A stretch of 64,000 nucleotides of DNA from Mytilus californianus (Eukaryota). Below the pieces are notes generated by a model, which was not told the origin of the DNA, did not search any database, and saw only the letters and a program-made list of their open reading frames with translations. This document shows, one piece after another, positions 1 to 13,400 of this stretch (within the stretch, counting starts at the first letter, position 1; each line of letters begins with the position of its first letter). Location: contig NW_026262734.1 of NCBI RefSeq assembly GCF_021869535.1, forward strand, positions 106,702,001 through 106,766,000, written 5' to 3'. Made by a program: the position numbers and the translations under genes.

Positions 1-596
1 TTGTTATTAAATCAAGGGTCAAATATAAGTATATCTTCTTTAAAATTGACATGATCAGTATTAGTGCATGTATCACAGGCTTGCTTTCATCGGGCCAAAA
101 CCCTCCTCATTCATTATTACTTGAGGATAATGTAACTTTGTTGTACAAATTACAAAAAAAAACCCGACTTAAAGTTTCATATTATATGTTTCGTATTCCT
201 CGTGCATGTCTGTTTTATTTTTGCTTTTGAGGTCAAAAACGAACACAACAATTTCTCAAAATGTCTTTCTAAAATGAACCAGAAAAATAATATGAAAAAA
301 AAGGAGTTTATTAATTTAGTGAGAGAGATGGGCTTTCCAATGTTTACATTACAAGGATGTACATGTATAAATACTAATCAGTTAAATGACCAAATGGAAC
401 CTTATCAAATAATTGTCATTAGCTTCGTAGGTAGATAAAGTCTAACGTTTGATTTTGTCCGTTTTCATGGACTTCGTTGTTTTGAAATTAGCGTGGAGTT
501 CGGTATTTTTGTTAATACATTTTTGCCTGAGAGAGTTGGAACCTAAAATCGTAATAATCTTAAATTGCCAACCAAGAATTCGGTTTTTTTCAATAA

Positions 597-825
597 TGTG
601 TTTGGTGTACTGTTGTTTGTCTTTTGGTCGTTTTTCTTTTTCTTCTTTGCTATGGTATTGTCAGTTTGTTTATGCCTTATGAAAGAGGGACAAAATACCA
701 GAGGGACAGTAAAACTCATAGATCGAAAACAAACTGACAACGCCATGGCCAAAAATAAAAAGACAAATAGACAAATAATAGTACAGATGACACAACATAG
801 AAAACTAAAGAATAAGCAACACGAA
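597..825. repeat. Head-to-head pair of Naiad 3'-tail fragments forming an imperfect palindrome
   Basis: ttgtttgtcttttgg...gctatggtattgtcagtttg (597-675) is the approximate reverse complement of caaactgacaacgccatggcc...agacaaatagacaaa (727-780). The same tail follows the RT remnant at 46780-46910. Confidence 0.65.
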
Positions 826-1395
826 TGAGTTTCAATGTCCCTTTTGTATTTTTCGCTTCTCTTTACAAATGATGTGTAACAATAATTACTTTGTTCATTA
901 ACGTAGAAGTGTGAATAACATTTAAGTTAATTAAGGAAGTGTTTTATTAGTATTCGCGCTTTTCCCCTCCTGGTTGTTAGGTCATTTGATTAAAAACAAA
1001 AACAAATTCAAAAACGAAACTACATACATTATTAGTGAATTTTAGTTTTAAGTGCAAGTTATCTAAAGTTAGGTAAATTGTTCAACTCAATTTCCCCCTT
1101 TTAATATCCTTCGAAAATTTACATTTTACAACCGGTCATCCCATGATATTCTAATTTTTGTTACATATATGGTGATGATATTGCATTCATGTACATTATT
1201 AAATACGTTTCCTATTTCACTAATTTCTAGTTTGGCAAAACCACAGTTCTTTTATTTTAAACTAGATACTTGTATTGCCAAAATTAATGAAAATTTGCAT
1301 ATAATAAAGGATAAAATCAACAGGACATTGTTGGCCTCTAGATGTCCTGTATCTTGTCATCTCATAGATCATTATCCTTGTGTATCACCTATATA

Positions 1396-1696
1396 AAAAT
1401 AAAAAGATTTGGTATGATTGACAATGAGACAACTATCCACCAGAGACCAATTGACATAGAAGTTAACTAGTATAGGTCACCATACGACCTTCAACAATGA
1501 GCAAAACCCATACCGCATAGTAAGCTGTAAAAGGCCCAGAAAAGACAAATGTGAAAAATTCAAACGAAAAAATTAACCGTCTAATTTAAGTATAAAACAA
1601 TAAACGAAAACAAATATGATATACAGCAACAAACGACAACCACTGAATTACATACTTCTGACTTGGGAAAGGCACATACAAAATAAGGCGTGGTTA
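1396..1696 (-). mobile_element. Interspersed retroelement 3'-tail copy with partial, degenerate twister core
   Basis: Ends in the ...gttgtctcattg..ccaaatcttttt tail seen at 2716, 5763 and 47511. The minus strand begins UAA-CCAC-GCC ... CCUUUCCCAAGUCAGA. Confidence 0.65.
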
Positions 1697-2715
1697 TTTT
1701 CCATGTAAAGAATACATAACCATTGCAGAAATATCAACTGCTCCTAATGGTATATTTTTACAAAATTTCAACCAAAAATGTAAAATATTAACAAAATATA
1801 GGAAATTTTACTATGGATTTTATTGTGACAAATATATGTTATAAAGTTTAAATAAGTGCATACTACACTTATTCATGCATACAATTTGAATTTATAGTCT
1901 GTTCCATGACGAAATGTATGTTTCTTTTTAATGTATACATATATTCCATCCTGAATTAATTGTACACGTATTTCTTTATGACCTTTCCTGAATGAAATAT
2001 TTTGTATCTGGTATTTAAATATATCCCTTCAGTAAAGTATGGTTAAATCGGGAAGTCAACAACCAAACTTCCACAACTTAACTTTTCACTACGGAAGAAG
2101 TTAATTACACTCTTTAATGTTATTCTACACATGAATATCAAATATAGAATTGCGTTGTTGGAGAAGCTGGATCATATCTATATCGTTGAAATATATCAAA
2201 ATACGTTTAGTTCTTTTGTACATGGCTCCATTTAGGAAAAAAATAATGTATTGATTCGTACAGGTTCTATGGACAGTTTGTCTTTTATTGTTTCTAGAAT
2301 GTCTTTTTCTTAGCATACATTAACCTGCACGAAGGAAAATACAATATACATGTAGCTTGTTCATAAGTCAATGTTCGTATCAATTTCAACAACGTTAAGT
2401 ATTAAACAGTCATGTAAATTAATGTTTTTGTGTAAAACATTCTGATATCACTTAGATATAGTGTTAACGATTATAACATAATTTCAATAATGGGTGATCT
2501 TATTTCAAATCACACGATTACTTTTTTCTCGTCACGTTTGTATTCAGACTTTTTTCTCTGACATGATTTTAGTGTATCGTTTAAATTCAAGGAATAATGA
2601 AAACTGCGTTTAAGTTTTTAATATCAATAATCTTTTAAAAAATCAAATTCATCAGCCATATCTTTTATTTATGTTTTCACAGTTTACACCGATGTTCTCA
2701 AAATTAGCTTTATAT

Positions 2716-2825
2716 AAAAAAAAAGATGTGGTATGATTGCCATTGCGACAACTATCCACTAAAGTTCAAATCGAAGTGGATGTAAGCAATTGGGGACAGG
2801 CACATACAACATGTGTTGTAGTTTA
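2716..2825 (-). mobile_element. Short internally deleted copy of the same tail family
   Basis: aagatgtggtatgattgccattgcgacaactatccac joined to ggggacaggcacatac. Confidence 0.55.
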
Positions 2826-3414
2826 TATCAAATCATAATGATATAAGCATGAAACATTCAATGCAAAACAAAATTGAAAGGACATTACAGAGTCGATAGG
2901 GCTAATACACAACTCATTAAGGCAAAATTACTGATGCGTAACTTGTGTTCTTATCCTCTGTGAACTATCAATTTGTACAGTTATATAAGATGTAAGTGAA
3001 TTCAGTGTAAAGGTTGCCAGAATTTTTTTATAATGTAAAATTTACAAAACAAAATATGTATTTAACTTCATTTCTGTTCCTGTTATCTCGGTTCCCAAAC
3101 CTTTCAGATATATAATCATCTGATAAAGATGTATTGATTATTGTGTAATGATGTGCTTTATATTAGACAGGAAATCGGCAGTAAAGGCATAAAATATGCT
3201 GAACACACTGTAGTAATTAAAAGATATATATTGGCCAATGAGTGACACAATATACATAATTAATTGTAAGTTGATCTAAATGAACTTATTTTGGAAAACG
3301 GAAGAATTTACAAAAGGTGTGTCACTAATTCATAATATGTTAAGAGTTTGGACAAGTTAGAGATTGAAATATGTTATAAATTCATGAATAATTGTTGACA
3401 AACGTAAATTGATC

Positions 3415-3432
3415 TATATATATATATATATA
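3415..3432. repeat. (TA)n microsatellite
   Basis: Direct reading. Confidence 0.9.
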
Positions 3433-4162
3433 CAAGTTCTATGTTACTTGTTTCCAACTTCACGTTGATCTCTGTCTTATTTAATCTTACTCGTTCTGTA
3501 TTTTATATAAATATAAACAAATACGATTCTATATATGATTTTATATACCTTCATATGAATGTTTGTTTAAGAACGAAATCAATTTATGGTGCACGTAAAT
3601 CACACACCAATCAAACTGAACAATAAAAAATTACAACTAATTAAAATCAGTATTGGGTATATAGTTTACCGATACACTTATCTTTTTTTTTTTCATAATC
3701 TATGAGTTTTTGCGAACTACTTCAAATTAGTAATCATAATAAAGGGAAAATAATGAAATAAAAAATATAGTAAAAGACAAATTTCCCTTTTATATAACGT
3801 GATAATAACGTCCCAATGTGTGCATATTACACGATAAATGAAGAAACTGTATATAGCTTTTCAACGATATAAAAATATCTTTCCAAGTAGTAAAGATTTC
3901 TTTAAATCAACACATCCTGTTTTCTGTGCAGAAAATATCAGACCTTATTTTGCAAACTATTTGCTCTTAAACATATTTTAAGATTACATGTATATTTGCG
4001 GAAACAACCATTATTCTTCCGTGTCATGCTTAAGTTTGCATTTTTAATTTTTTGTTCATCTCAGTTTCTTTTATTTTGGTTCATGATTTTATTTTTTATT
4101 ATTATTTCATAAATTTTTTTTATCAACCTAGATTTACTTTTTCTTCCTTCTGCTGTTTGCAG

Positions 4163-4249
4163 ATGCATATCAATGTTTAAAATATGAGCGACATAACAGG
4201 AAGTATTTTCTCAGGTCTACGTACTTTGGCGCATCACTCTTATAAGAAG
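4163..4249 (+). other. Possible isolated exon containing a start codon (MSDITGSIFSGLRTLAHHSYKK)
   Basis: Long polypyrimidine tract plus TGCAG acceptor before 4163; AAG|GTATGT donor after 4249; ATG at 4184 with A at -3, open to the donor in phase 0. No partner exon or homolog recognised. Confidence 0.3.
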
Positions 4250-4435
4250 GTATGTTGTCTACTTGATGGTGATAAATACATACATAATACACAGGAGGAA
4301 AAAGCTGTTGAATTATCGTAAAAGAAAATATATTTTCATTTGTTGTTTCTCTGTTTGTCATAGCAGCATCAATTCATGAAACCAGTTTCCTATGACGCTA
4401 AAAGAAAATAACACTTTACAAATTTGGTCCGTCCA

Positions 4436-4640
4436 ATCAAGAGAGGCGAAAGATACCAAAGCAGTATTCAAACATCATATGTCGATAACAAACTGACAAT
4501 GACACGGCAAAAAAAACGTAAAACGACGAAAAAACAAACAACAGTATACAAAACACAACATAAAAAACTTAAGACTGAACAATGTGAACCCCATCTAACC
4601 TCGGGAATGATTTCAGATGCTCCGGACGGGTACCGCCTTT
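4436..4640 (-). mobile_element. Naiad 3'-tail fragment
   Basis: Reverse-complement match to 46720-46910 (ccgtccggagcatctgaaatc...ttgtcagtttg...ggtatctttcgcctct). Confidence 0.65.
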
Positions 4641-6429
4641 CTGGTTTTACCTTCATCGGGAACGCTCAAAACCAATCATTTCAAACATAATGTCTCACAG
4701 CTGGCAAACCCGATGTTCTGTTAAGACAAAGTCCAATATGTACGCATGAAAGGTTTTGAATAGTTTTTCATATGTAACAACTGGAAATTTAAGCACCAGA
4801 ACCAAAACCGTTGAATTCTACAATTATAAATTATATAAAAGGTAGAAACAATAGAAGCTATATAATCAAAGGGAACATAAATAGAATAAAAACATGTATC
4901 TATGTTCAACTTTGTCTGAGGTAATTGGAACTTTAGTTTCTTTAAGATTGTTTGGATTTTTAAAGTAAATTAAAAAAAAAATGTTATAAATCATGTGAGT
5001 GCCGAAGCACTGAGAAAACATGTTTATTCGTTAGGGGACCCAAACAGGGAAATAAACACTTCAACACAGTTTACTTTATTTAAGTGCAATACGAAACTCT
5101 TCCTCATGCCTCTAGTATTCATTAATGGAAATATCTTTTCTGTATTAATAATGAACATTATGCAAAAAAATTTTTAACAGTATAATGTAAAAGTAAACGA
5201 TAATCATAAATTAGTTAACCCATAGTAACAAATAAAATAAACTTGGGTGTTAACTTTTGTTGTGACTTCTGTCAATAATTCTAAAATTACTAAGAAATTG
5301 AAAAATTTCACAAGTAAAATTTGTCAAAGAAAGCTTTATTTAACACATAAATTTATAGAACTTGTATTTGATTCTTTTCCCTGTGTTTTTATAGTAATTA
5401 TGCAAAACCCATCATTAAGTGATTAAGAATGAAGAAAAAGAAAATATGCAGTAATTTTCGGTTACATGAAATGATTATTTAAAATTTACTGAATGATGCA
5501 TAATTGTTCCTTTTCCTTTTCCTCATTTTTCCACTTTTATCCGACATTGAAGTGTATTTTATAGAATTTCTATGTAAAGTTAAAAGTTTTATCTTGTTAC
5601 GCGGCGACAACAAACTAATAACATATTTCAGATAAAATGATAGAAATGGTACAATCTCATAACCATTAAACCAAAATAATATAAAAAAAAACGCACGCCT
5701 TCCTCACTCTATGTAATTGTTTTAAAAAAGTTACTGAAAAGATTTGTTGATATTGTTGATTATGACCTATAATGGTTTACTTTTACAAATTGTGACTTGG
5801 ATGGAGAGTTGTCTCATTGGCACTCATACCACATCTTCTTATATCTATATACATAGTGCATACCCTCAATTGATGCAAAAATAAGATGATGTCGTATATT
5901 GCTAATAATCTTGTTATATATCACATTAAAATCCGTTAGTGCAAAGAATTCGTTTAAGAATTGAATGCATTTTATTTATGATTTTATTTAGGTGTAAAAG
6001 CGTTGACCGAAGCAATTTTGTATGAGAAACCGCTTCATGTTAAAACTGTGCACACGATCAACGCTTTTACAACCCCTTTAACATACAAAAATAAGCACTC
6101 AATTCTTATTATTACATTTTGATGCTAGAAACATAAAATAAAAGTTGTACCAAGTCTTTTTTTGTTTTTCAATTAATTATATTTAACACTGTCACGGATA
6201 GCACGTGCAGTCATTGCTGTTGTATTTCATACGAAAATATAATTTGATATGGAAGTGACTTGCTATTGTTGTTAGCCCATCAAAGTTACATGTAATGTAA
6301 TTATTACACATTTAACGTGTTTAATAGGAACAAGTGACCATCGTATATGTACGAGGATATAAATAAAATGTAGAACCTGTGTTTTACAACAAAGCTTTAC
6401 GAAGCAACTTTGGTAACATTAGAATTTTC

Positions 6430-6432
<3 letters not shown>

Positions 6433-6460
<28 letters not shown>
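6433..6460. repeat. (AG)n microsatellite at the Naiad 3' end
   Basis: 14 AG units; the paralogous site at ~46903 has only a short ctctctct seed. Confidence 0.9.
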
Positions 6461-6463
<3 letters not shown>

Positions 6464-8800
6464 AAGACACCAAAAGGACATTCAAACTCTTACGTCGAAA
6501 ATAAACGGACAACACCATGGCTAAAAAGAAAAAAACCAAAAGAAAAACAATGGTAAATAAAACAAAACACAGAAAACTAAAGAATGAGCAACACGAACCC
6601 CACCAAAAACTAGGGGTAATCACAGGTACTCCGGGAGGTTAAACATATCCTGCTCCACATGTGTCAACTGTCGTGTTGCTCATGTAGTAAACACTTGGTT
6701 ATAAGTCCAATTCGGTAGGTCACATTCGTGTAAAAGTGGACGGGATTGTAGTTACGACAATTGGAACATATAAGTCGTAATCAGTGGAATAGATTTTCCT
6801 TAACAGTCAACCATCTCGTGATTGCCTCCGTAAAATTTACGAAGGAATGATTTCGACTGCATCACTTGGAATACTCTTGGCTATATAGATTCTTTGTGAG
6901 CAGCAACCCTCTCTTAAGGAAATCGTGATAGGAAATATGAGCCCTGGAATATCGTACTAGCTGGGAGAAGTCTACTCCATTCGCAAACGCTGTTGAAATG
7001 TTGCTTCATAGAAATGGAAAGTTCCTAAAAACATCTCTTTCGTCGTAAAATTTCGTTTTCAAACGACCCTTATTTTCAATTCCTAGATATTCAAGATATA
7101 AGGCAGACGCAAAGTTGATGAGATAGATGCGTTCAACATAGTCACAAAACTTTGAATTATTTAGTGAAAGGACATCATCTATATAGCGGAATGTGAAGTT
7201 AAAGAATAATGCCAACTTCTTGTCTTACTTTCTAAGAAACTCCTGTATGAAGTCAGCCTCAAATGAATAACGGAACAAGCCGGCAAGAAGAGAAAGCACA
7301 GTTGGTTCCCTTGGGAATGCCGGTTGTTTGTTATAAAAACCCGTCCTCTAAACGTTACAAATATGCTGTCAATCAAGAAATCAAGCATCTTATAATGTAA
7401 GTTTCTGAGAACTTTTTGTTTGAAACAGAATGAGTTTTTACAAAGTACGATTTATCCCTCCCTATGATATGGTAAGTGCATCTACATGTGCATTGGCCTT
7501 TCACAGCAGGACCAACTCGTTCAATTAGTTTGTTGTTGTTCTTTGGAATTAGGAATACTTGTGTAGAGTGTTAAAAAGTCAAATGTTTAATACTATTGTA
7601 AAATGAAATAGTCTTATATTGTATGTACTAGATCGGATCTTTGGATTTTTTTAGTATCCACATCTGATTAACTCCAACAACATATTTGTCATGGAGGTAG
7701 AACAGGTCTTCTGCAACATTTTTAATGATTGATGTAGCATGTTTATTCATAGAGGTTTTTTAATTCTGATTTGTATCAACGACCTCACAGTCTTAATTCA
7801 TTCGGAAAGAGTATCTACGTTTTCTTTCTCGCGTTTAACCCGTTGCCTGGTGTAATCCTCGACAGAATCCATCAGTATTTTGAAGTTGTGTTTTCAATTG
7901 ATGGATTTAGCCTCACGATATTTCGGGCCTTTGGATAACACATTTCGCAGAGAAGTGTTATTGATAATGTTAAAGTCGTCAGTAATAACGTGGCCAGTCG
8001 GATTATATATGAATCGGGAACTAGCACATGTGCAATCAGGAGGTTTAGACTTGAAGTCGTCAATATTGAGATCCTGCAACACGTGTTTGTAATTGAAAAT
8101 TTTAGTTGTAATCAGTTTGGTATAGGTATGAGAGATGATAGGTACAGACTGATCTTTACAGTAGGGAGGTATTGTCGAGTGAACTGATTTATGATGAAGG
8201 ATATTGCCTAAGTTGATGGCACCGTTACCTTGGTTGGCAAAGGAAAGGATCTTTTCTCATTTTCACCTTTTCCAATGCGAACTGGTTTGAAAATTCTGTG
8301 ACTGGCAATATCCGAGATGATAGCTGTAAGTTTGTATTGGTTTGAATGGGGGTTTGAAACTCGTTTCCAAACATATGTTGTACATAGAATGAAGTTTTGA
8401 AAGGTCTAGTGAATAAAGCTTTGTGCGAATATGATGGATACCCAACGGTTTTTGTTTAAGTGGCAGCAGGTCATTTATAGAGACATCATGGAGAGTAGGT
8501 GAAGTAGTAAGACGATAACCATGACTGCATCTACGTTAAAAAGTAGCGGTGAACATAGTCGTCACATTCTCCGAGCTACTGGATGGACTAGATAGAATAC
8601 AAATACCCTCAATTTTGTAATTGCAACCATATGATGTCGCAGTTCATAGTCCCCAAATCCAGTAGTCTTCCTTTTGTCTACGGAGAGGTGTTGCAAGATG
8701 AGGATTGTTAGTCCTGGGGAATACGTTTTCGATGATGCGAACCTGCATGGAAAGGATCGAATGATCAGACTGATTAAAATGCCGGAAAACAATGTTAATC
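6461..8800 (-). mobile_element. Degraded Naiad-type Penelope-like retroelement, family 2 (Cys type)
   Basis: Fragments: GIY-YIG C-terminal half, PPDCTCASS CxC linker, GHVITDDFNII, KGPKYRE, LDFLIDSIFV, FRYIDDVLSLNN; many stops and frameshifts; typical 3' tail. Confidence 0.85.
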
Positions 8801-9674
8801 CATGATATACTGGAAATTCGACCTTCTTATAAGGGACAATTTATATCGAATTCAACAGACTGTGCTATCAGTTATACTTGCCATATCGTACATTATAAAA
8901 TTTATTCAACACATTGTAAAATTATAATATAATATGCATTTTTCAGCTTTTTACCATTTGTTAGACTGGTTCAGGAGTAGATCATCAACACCTGATAGTA
9001 GTATTTGATCGAGCCAAATCGCCAGTAATATATTAAATTTACCGGATGACTCCAGGATAATACCAAACTAATTGAGCTTTGCAGTTAGTAGAGTTTCTAC
9101 CCTGCAACATATGCTTTCAAAACGAGGTTTATACCGCATATATAATCAACTAAATCATATTTCTTGTTTATCTGTTTTGTTATCATGTTATTGTTTTTGT
9201 AATACCGCTATGTAGACGTATAATAGACAAAAATTATAAAAGACAAAAAGTTTATTAGAAAAGTTTGAAAATATGCAAAGCTTCAAAATCAAAATAAATT
9301 AAAAATATAAATTTGCAATTAAATACTATTTGAGACAATTATTACAGATTTTGAACAACTTTATATAATGTTCTTAACACGACAATCACATTTGATCAAT
9401 ACTTTTATAATTAACAAATACAACCCTGTTTCGTTGACTAAAATGTGAACAATATTAATTTAATAATTAACTGATGGTACTAATATTTCACGATTACTTA
9501 TAAACATTTGATACATTCGTAGAATCTTTTAAAAAACAGAATACATAAAACCCTCTATATGACAAAGTTGACCTTAGATGGATTTGGCATTTATTTTACG
9601 GCCCGTTTTGGTCATGTAGCTCTTCAACTGTTTTGGTTCTTATACATCCTTGGGTTTCAAACATTTGGCTTTAA

Positions 9675-9716
9675 GCGTTTCTGATGAAAGTAAATCCAGA
9701 AAAGAGCTTCGGACGC
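9675..9716 (+). ncRNA. Type I minimal hammerhead-ribozyme-like motif
   Basis: GCGUUU-CUGAUGA-AAGUAAAUCCA-GAAA-AGAGCU-UC-GGACGC: stem I pairs, core intact, short near-palindromic stem III, very weak stem II. Confidence 0.5.
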
Positions 9717-9882
9717 ATGAAATTGATAAAGTGTGTTCATTTAATAAAAATTCGAATAAATATACAAGTGTATTACAACAACATCAATAACAAGATAAAT
9801 ACACACTTGCACACACTATACTTAAAATAAAAAAGCTTTATTTTAACACTATCAGTAAGATTTACCCGGAATAAGTAACCTA

Positions 9883-10704
9883 CTAGCATATATGTTTTGT
9901 GGTTATTTGTACATCATTTACGATCTCTCTTGGTTGTTCACATACATAGGCTATCGGAATATAGGTCTCTGTTACTTCATATTTATATAATCCGTTTTCA
10001 CAACCGGTTTTTGTAAATATCTGGATTTTCTGTTGAATTGGTGAACATTTCTGATCTCCAGAAGCATCTATACACTTAGTACACTCAATAGAAGCTCTAT
10101 AGTGTTCATGGGGATATGTTTCAGCACTGTATGGTGTTTTCTCTAAAAACCAAGGGCATGATGTACGTACCATTAATGGGAGATTGGATCCTTTTAAAAA
10201 TGTTGAAGGACAGTCGATTTTAGTTTTATTTTTTCCGTGATCTACCAGTTGAGTAAAATCATTGTCCAGTGTGTCTTCCTTCCAACCTTCTGTGAAAAAT
10301 AATGTTCTGTAATCCACTCCTCCATTTATACTTTTGAATTTAGCCTGTAAGTCTGTAGGGTCTGTACATGTTGGTGCACTATTGACGGATACAATACAAC
10401 ATGTGATGTGTATTAATGCAGCTTTAAGGATCTGGAAATGAAATGAAAATTAGATATAATTGTGTTTTCAAGTTTGTCTGATTGTGCAAAAGTATAAACT
10501 AGTGCAGATTTAATATAAAAATTCGTTCATTATTTAAAAAATTATTTAAAACAATTCTTTTGCAGTTTTATAAACTAGTTCAGGGATTCAAATATACTAT
10601 CTATTGGTACAAGTTATAGAATTATTCTAAGGTCGTAATATACAGACTTAATTACTGAATAACAAAAACATTTAACTATTGTTGCTTACATTGATAAAAT
10701 TCAT
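9883..10704 (-). CDS. IL17: Interleukin-17-like cytokine, copy 1 (187 aa; exons 10704-10690 and 10431-9883), altered C-terminus KHIC
   Basis: ATG AAT TTT ATC AAT|gtaagc ... tttccag|ATC CTT phase-0 intron; signal peptide MNFINILKAALIHITCCIVSVNS; RTSCPW, YP, CxxC, CSPIQQKIQI, IPIAYVCEQP motifs of the IL-17 fold. Confidence 0.9.
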
Positions 10705-10823
10705 CTTGTATATTTCTGGAGAACTTAATCAGGCTTCTTGTCTTCTTGTCAACAGTTGTTGCTGTTATGCATGCAGTATTGTTTTTGAACAATATTTAAA
10801 CTGTGTTCGCCGGATGCATTCTA

Positions 10824-10845
10824 TTTTTATAAACTGGGAATCATT
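10824..10845 (-). promoter_or_regulatory. TATA box with adjacent kappaB-like site, IL-17 copy 1
   Basis: TATAAAAA ~120 bp upstream of the ATG. GGGAATCATT (10836-10845, plus strand) is only a partial kappaB match. Confidence 0.45.
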
Positions 10846-12914
10846 TAACAACTTAATGGGTTTTATAAGTAGCTGCTAGAGCAGATAAACTAGCCTCTGT
10901 CTTACAAATTGGAAACTTTATTTTAGTATTGCATACTAAGAAATATACACAGAAGTCTTATTTTTACCACACATAATTTTCCTTTCCGGTAGACACACTT
11001 ATTATAAGAAAAATTAGGTGAATTCTATCAATTTATTGTTTTTGTCAAGCATGTCAAGTTCGACACTTATTACTTATTCTACTCTGTGGACGTAGCGTAT
11101 ATGAATAGGCCAATTTGATAGATTCAAATGTTGTTTTTTAATATCTAATTTTTGATTGTAAAACATAAAATAGTTAAAGTTGGAGAAACAATTTTTTTTC
11201 ATTAAGATTTTCGATGGAACGGACAATATCTAAATGTGTCTATTTCATCGTTTACTTTATCAATGTAATAATGGAAACTAGCATTTTAACAAAATCGCTA
11301 CTTACGGATTGAAGGTGTGAAGTGAAATTCTAGTTTATACATGTAATACATCTTATTAAATCATTTAGTTTTTGTTGTTATTGCAATAATTTATCTATTT
11401 CTTTCAAAGATGTGTTTGAAGTGCTTGAATGAGGACTAAAAGATAATCAAAAACAGTTTTCACTTGTAGAATATATTTTATTAATACTTTGGAAGTACTC
11501 ATCTATTTGAGGAATGTCCATCAGATCATCTAAACAGATTACATATGTAAAGGAATATTTCTATTTTGGTTGCTCACTCAATTTTTTCAATAGAACGGTA
11601 CTATAAACGACCGTCGTACAAGTGGAAATTTTAGCTTGCTATAAAACCAGGTTTTACTCACCATTTTCTTCGATAATTGACTGTACAAGTCAAGAATATG
11701 ACGGTTGTTTTCCTTTTGTTCCGTTAGTTGATAAAGGCTCACGCATGATTTTGTCATTTTTTTTATGGACTACCCCTTTTTTGAATTGCCTTAGAGTTTG
11801 GTATTTTATTGATACTTGTTTAACGTTGCAATTAATGTCGTCGTGAGAGATTTGTGAACATTTATACATATAAAGAAAAATTCAGTAGAATGCGTTTGCT
11901 TGTAATTTATATTAAAATTAAACATATTAACGTATTCAGTTCGTTACATTTACTAGCGCTTTCACTGCTTTCATTGATCTTCAGGTACAATGTGACTTGT
12001 ATATACACGTATTTATATATATTTAACATATGTAGAACTGTATTGAATTTGGTCAACCATGACAAAATGTACCAAAATCGCCTACCTTCAGTAAAATAAT
12101 TTACGACATCTCGAATCAATAAAAGCCGGAACATGTAATGCGAAAAGTTAATCGTTTTGTCACTGAAAATAGATTTAAGAACAAATTTAAAAGACATAAA
12201 CTATTCAAAGATACCAGGATTAAAATTCTGTACGCAAGACGTGCGTTTCGTCTAAATATTACTCATGTGTGACGCTCGAATCAAAACAGACACTTTAAAG
12301 TAATGTACCACCCTTGTCAATAGTTGCAGTCCAGTGTTTGAGTCAACTTTTTTTGTTGTTGTTGTTTGTTTCCACTTTTATCAAGAAATCTAGAAGGACT
12401 TTGTCTCAAAAGATGCAATAATAATGTTTCTTTGTACTCGATTAAAAATGAGAGTAAATTGCATTAAACAAATACTTTAGATCCGAACCCTTGAAAATAT
12501 CGTTGTGGTAAGTGAAACAGACATACAGGTTACCATAATTCAATTCAGTTATCCATAAATGATCATTCGTATTTTTGAAACCACCCTATACATGTGACCT
12601 TTCGGTGCCGTTGTCAATCCAGAAATGTAGATTTCAAGTGAATAATTCTATTAAATTGATAATGACGCTTGACCGAGCTATGTATGGACTCATCAATTTT
12701 TAGTATATTAAGTTCAAAGAAAGGTCACTGTAAAACAAAGACAAATCGAGGAAACAAAAAAAACAAAAAAAAAAAACTGAGGGAACCGCATGGCACAAAA
12801 AAAAAGGCAAGACTAAGTTCGTCAACACGGTAAGCGTCTCCTTTGCAGGCATCATCCGCCTTGTGATTTCTCACATAGTAAAAATTTCTATTACTGATAC
12901 TAGAAGGACTGCTC

Positions 12915-13400
12915 ATACCTTGATTTTTTCCTCAATATTGACACAGATGGACGACTTCACGCTAACATCTATGACAAACGGGATGATTTCAACTTCCCAA
13001 TAATCAATATCCCAGCAGTAACATACCCTCTGCCCCGTCGTATGGTGTTTACATATCTCAATTGATACATTATGCTCGTGCATGTTCACACTATACGGAC
13101 GTCATATGCAGGAGTGTGCTCCTTACGCAGAAACTACTCCAACAGAGTTATGAGAAGGAAACATTAAAAATCACACTCCGTAAATTTTATGGACATCATC
13201 ACGAATTGGTCGATCTATACGATATGTCAGTGTCTAAACTAACTAAAGACATTGTTACAACGTCTTAGATTGTGGTTTATCATGTACGTCGTCTGGTCCA
13301 CTTAGTACGTGACCTATTCCCGAATATGACTGTTCTGCCGAGTGTGAATTCGCATTGCTTTACGACGTGTCTCGGTATTTTCGGTACATTTCACATATGT
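12915..13400 (+). mobile_element. Naiad RT C-terminal fragment
   Basis: YDKRDDFNFPII...IPSAPSYGVYISQLIHYARACSHY...FYGHHHELV; mirrored at 23430-23885. Confidence 0.85.

Noticed and set aside
202-5177. Short ORFs in the first 5 kb and similar 60-100 aa ORFs elsewhere
   Set aside because: Low-complexity AT-rich translations or repeat tails with no recognisable domain.
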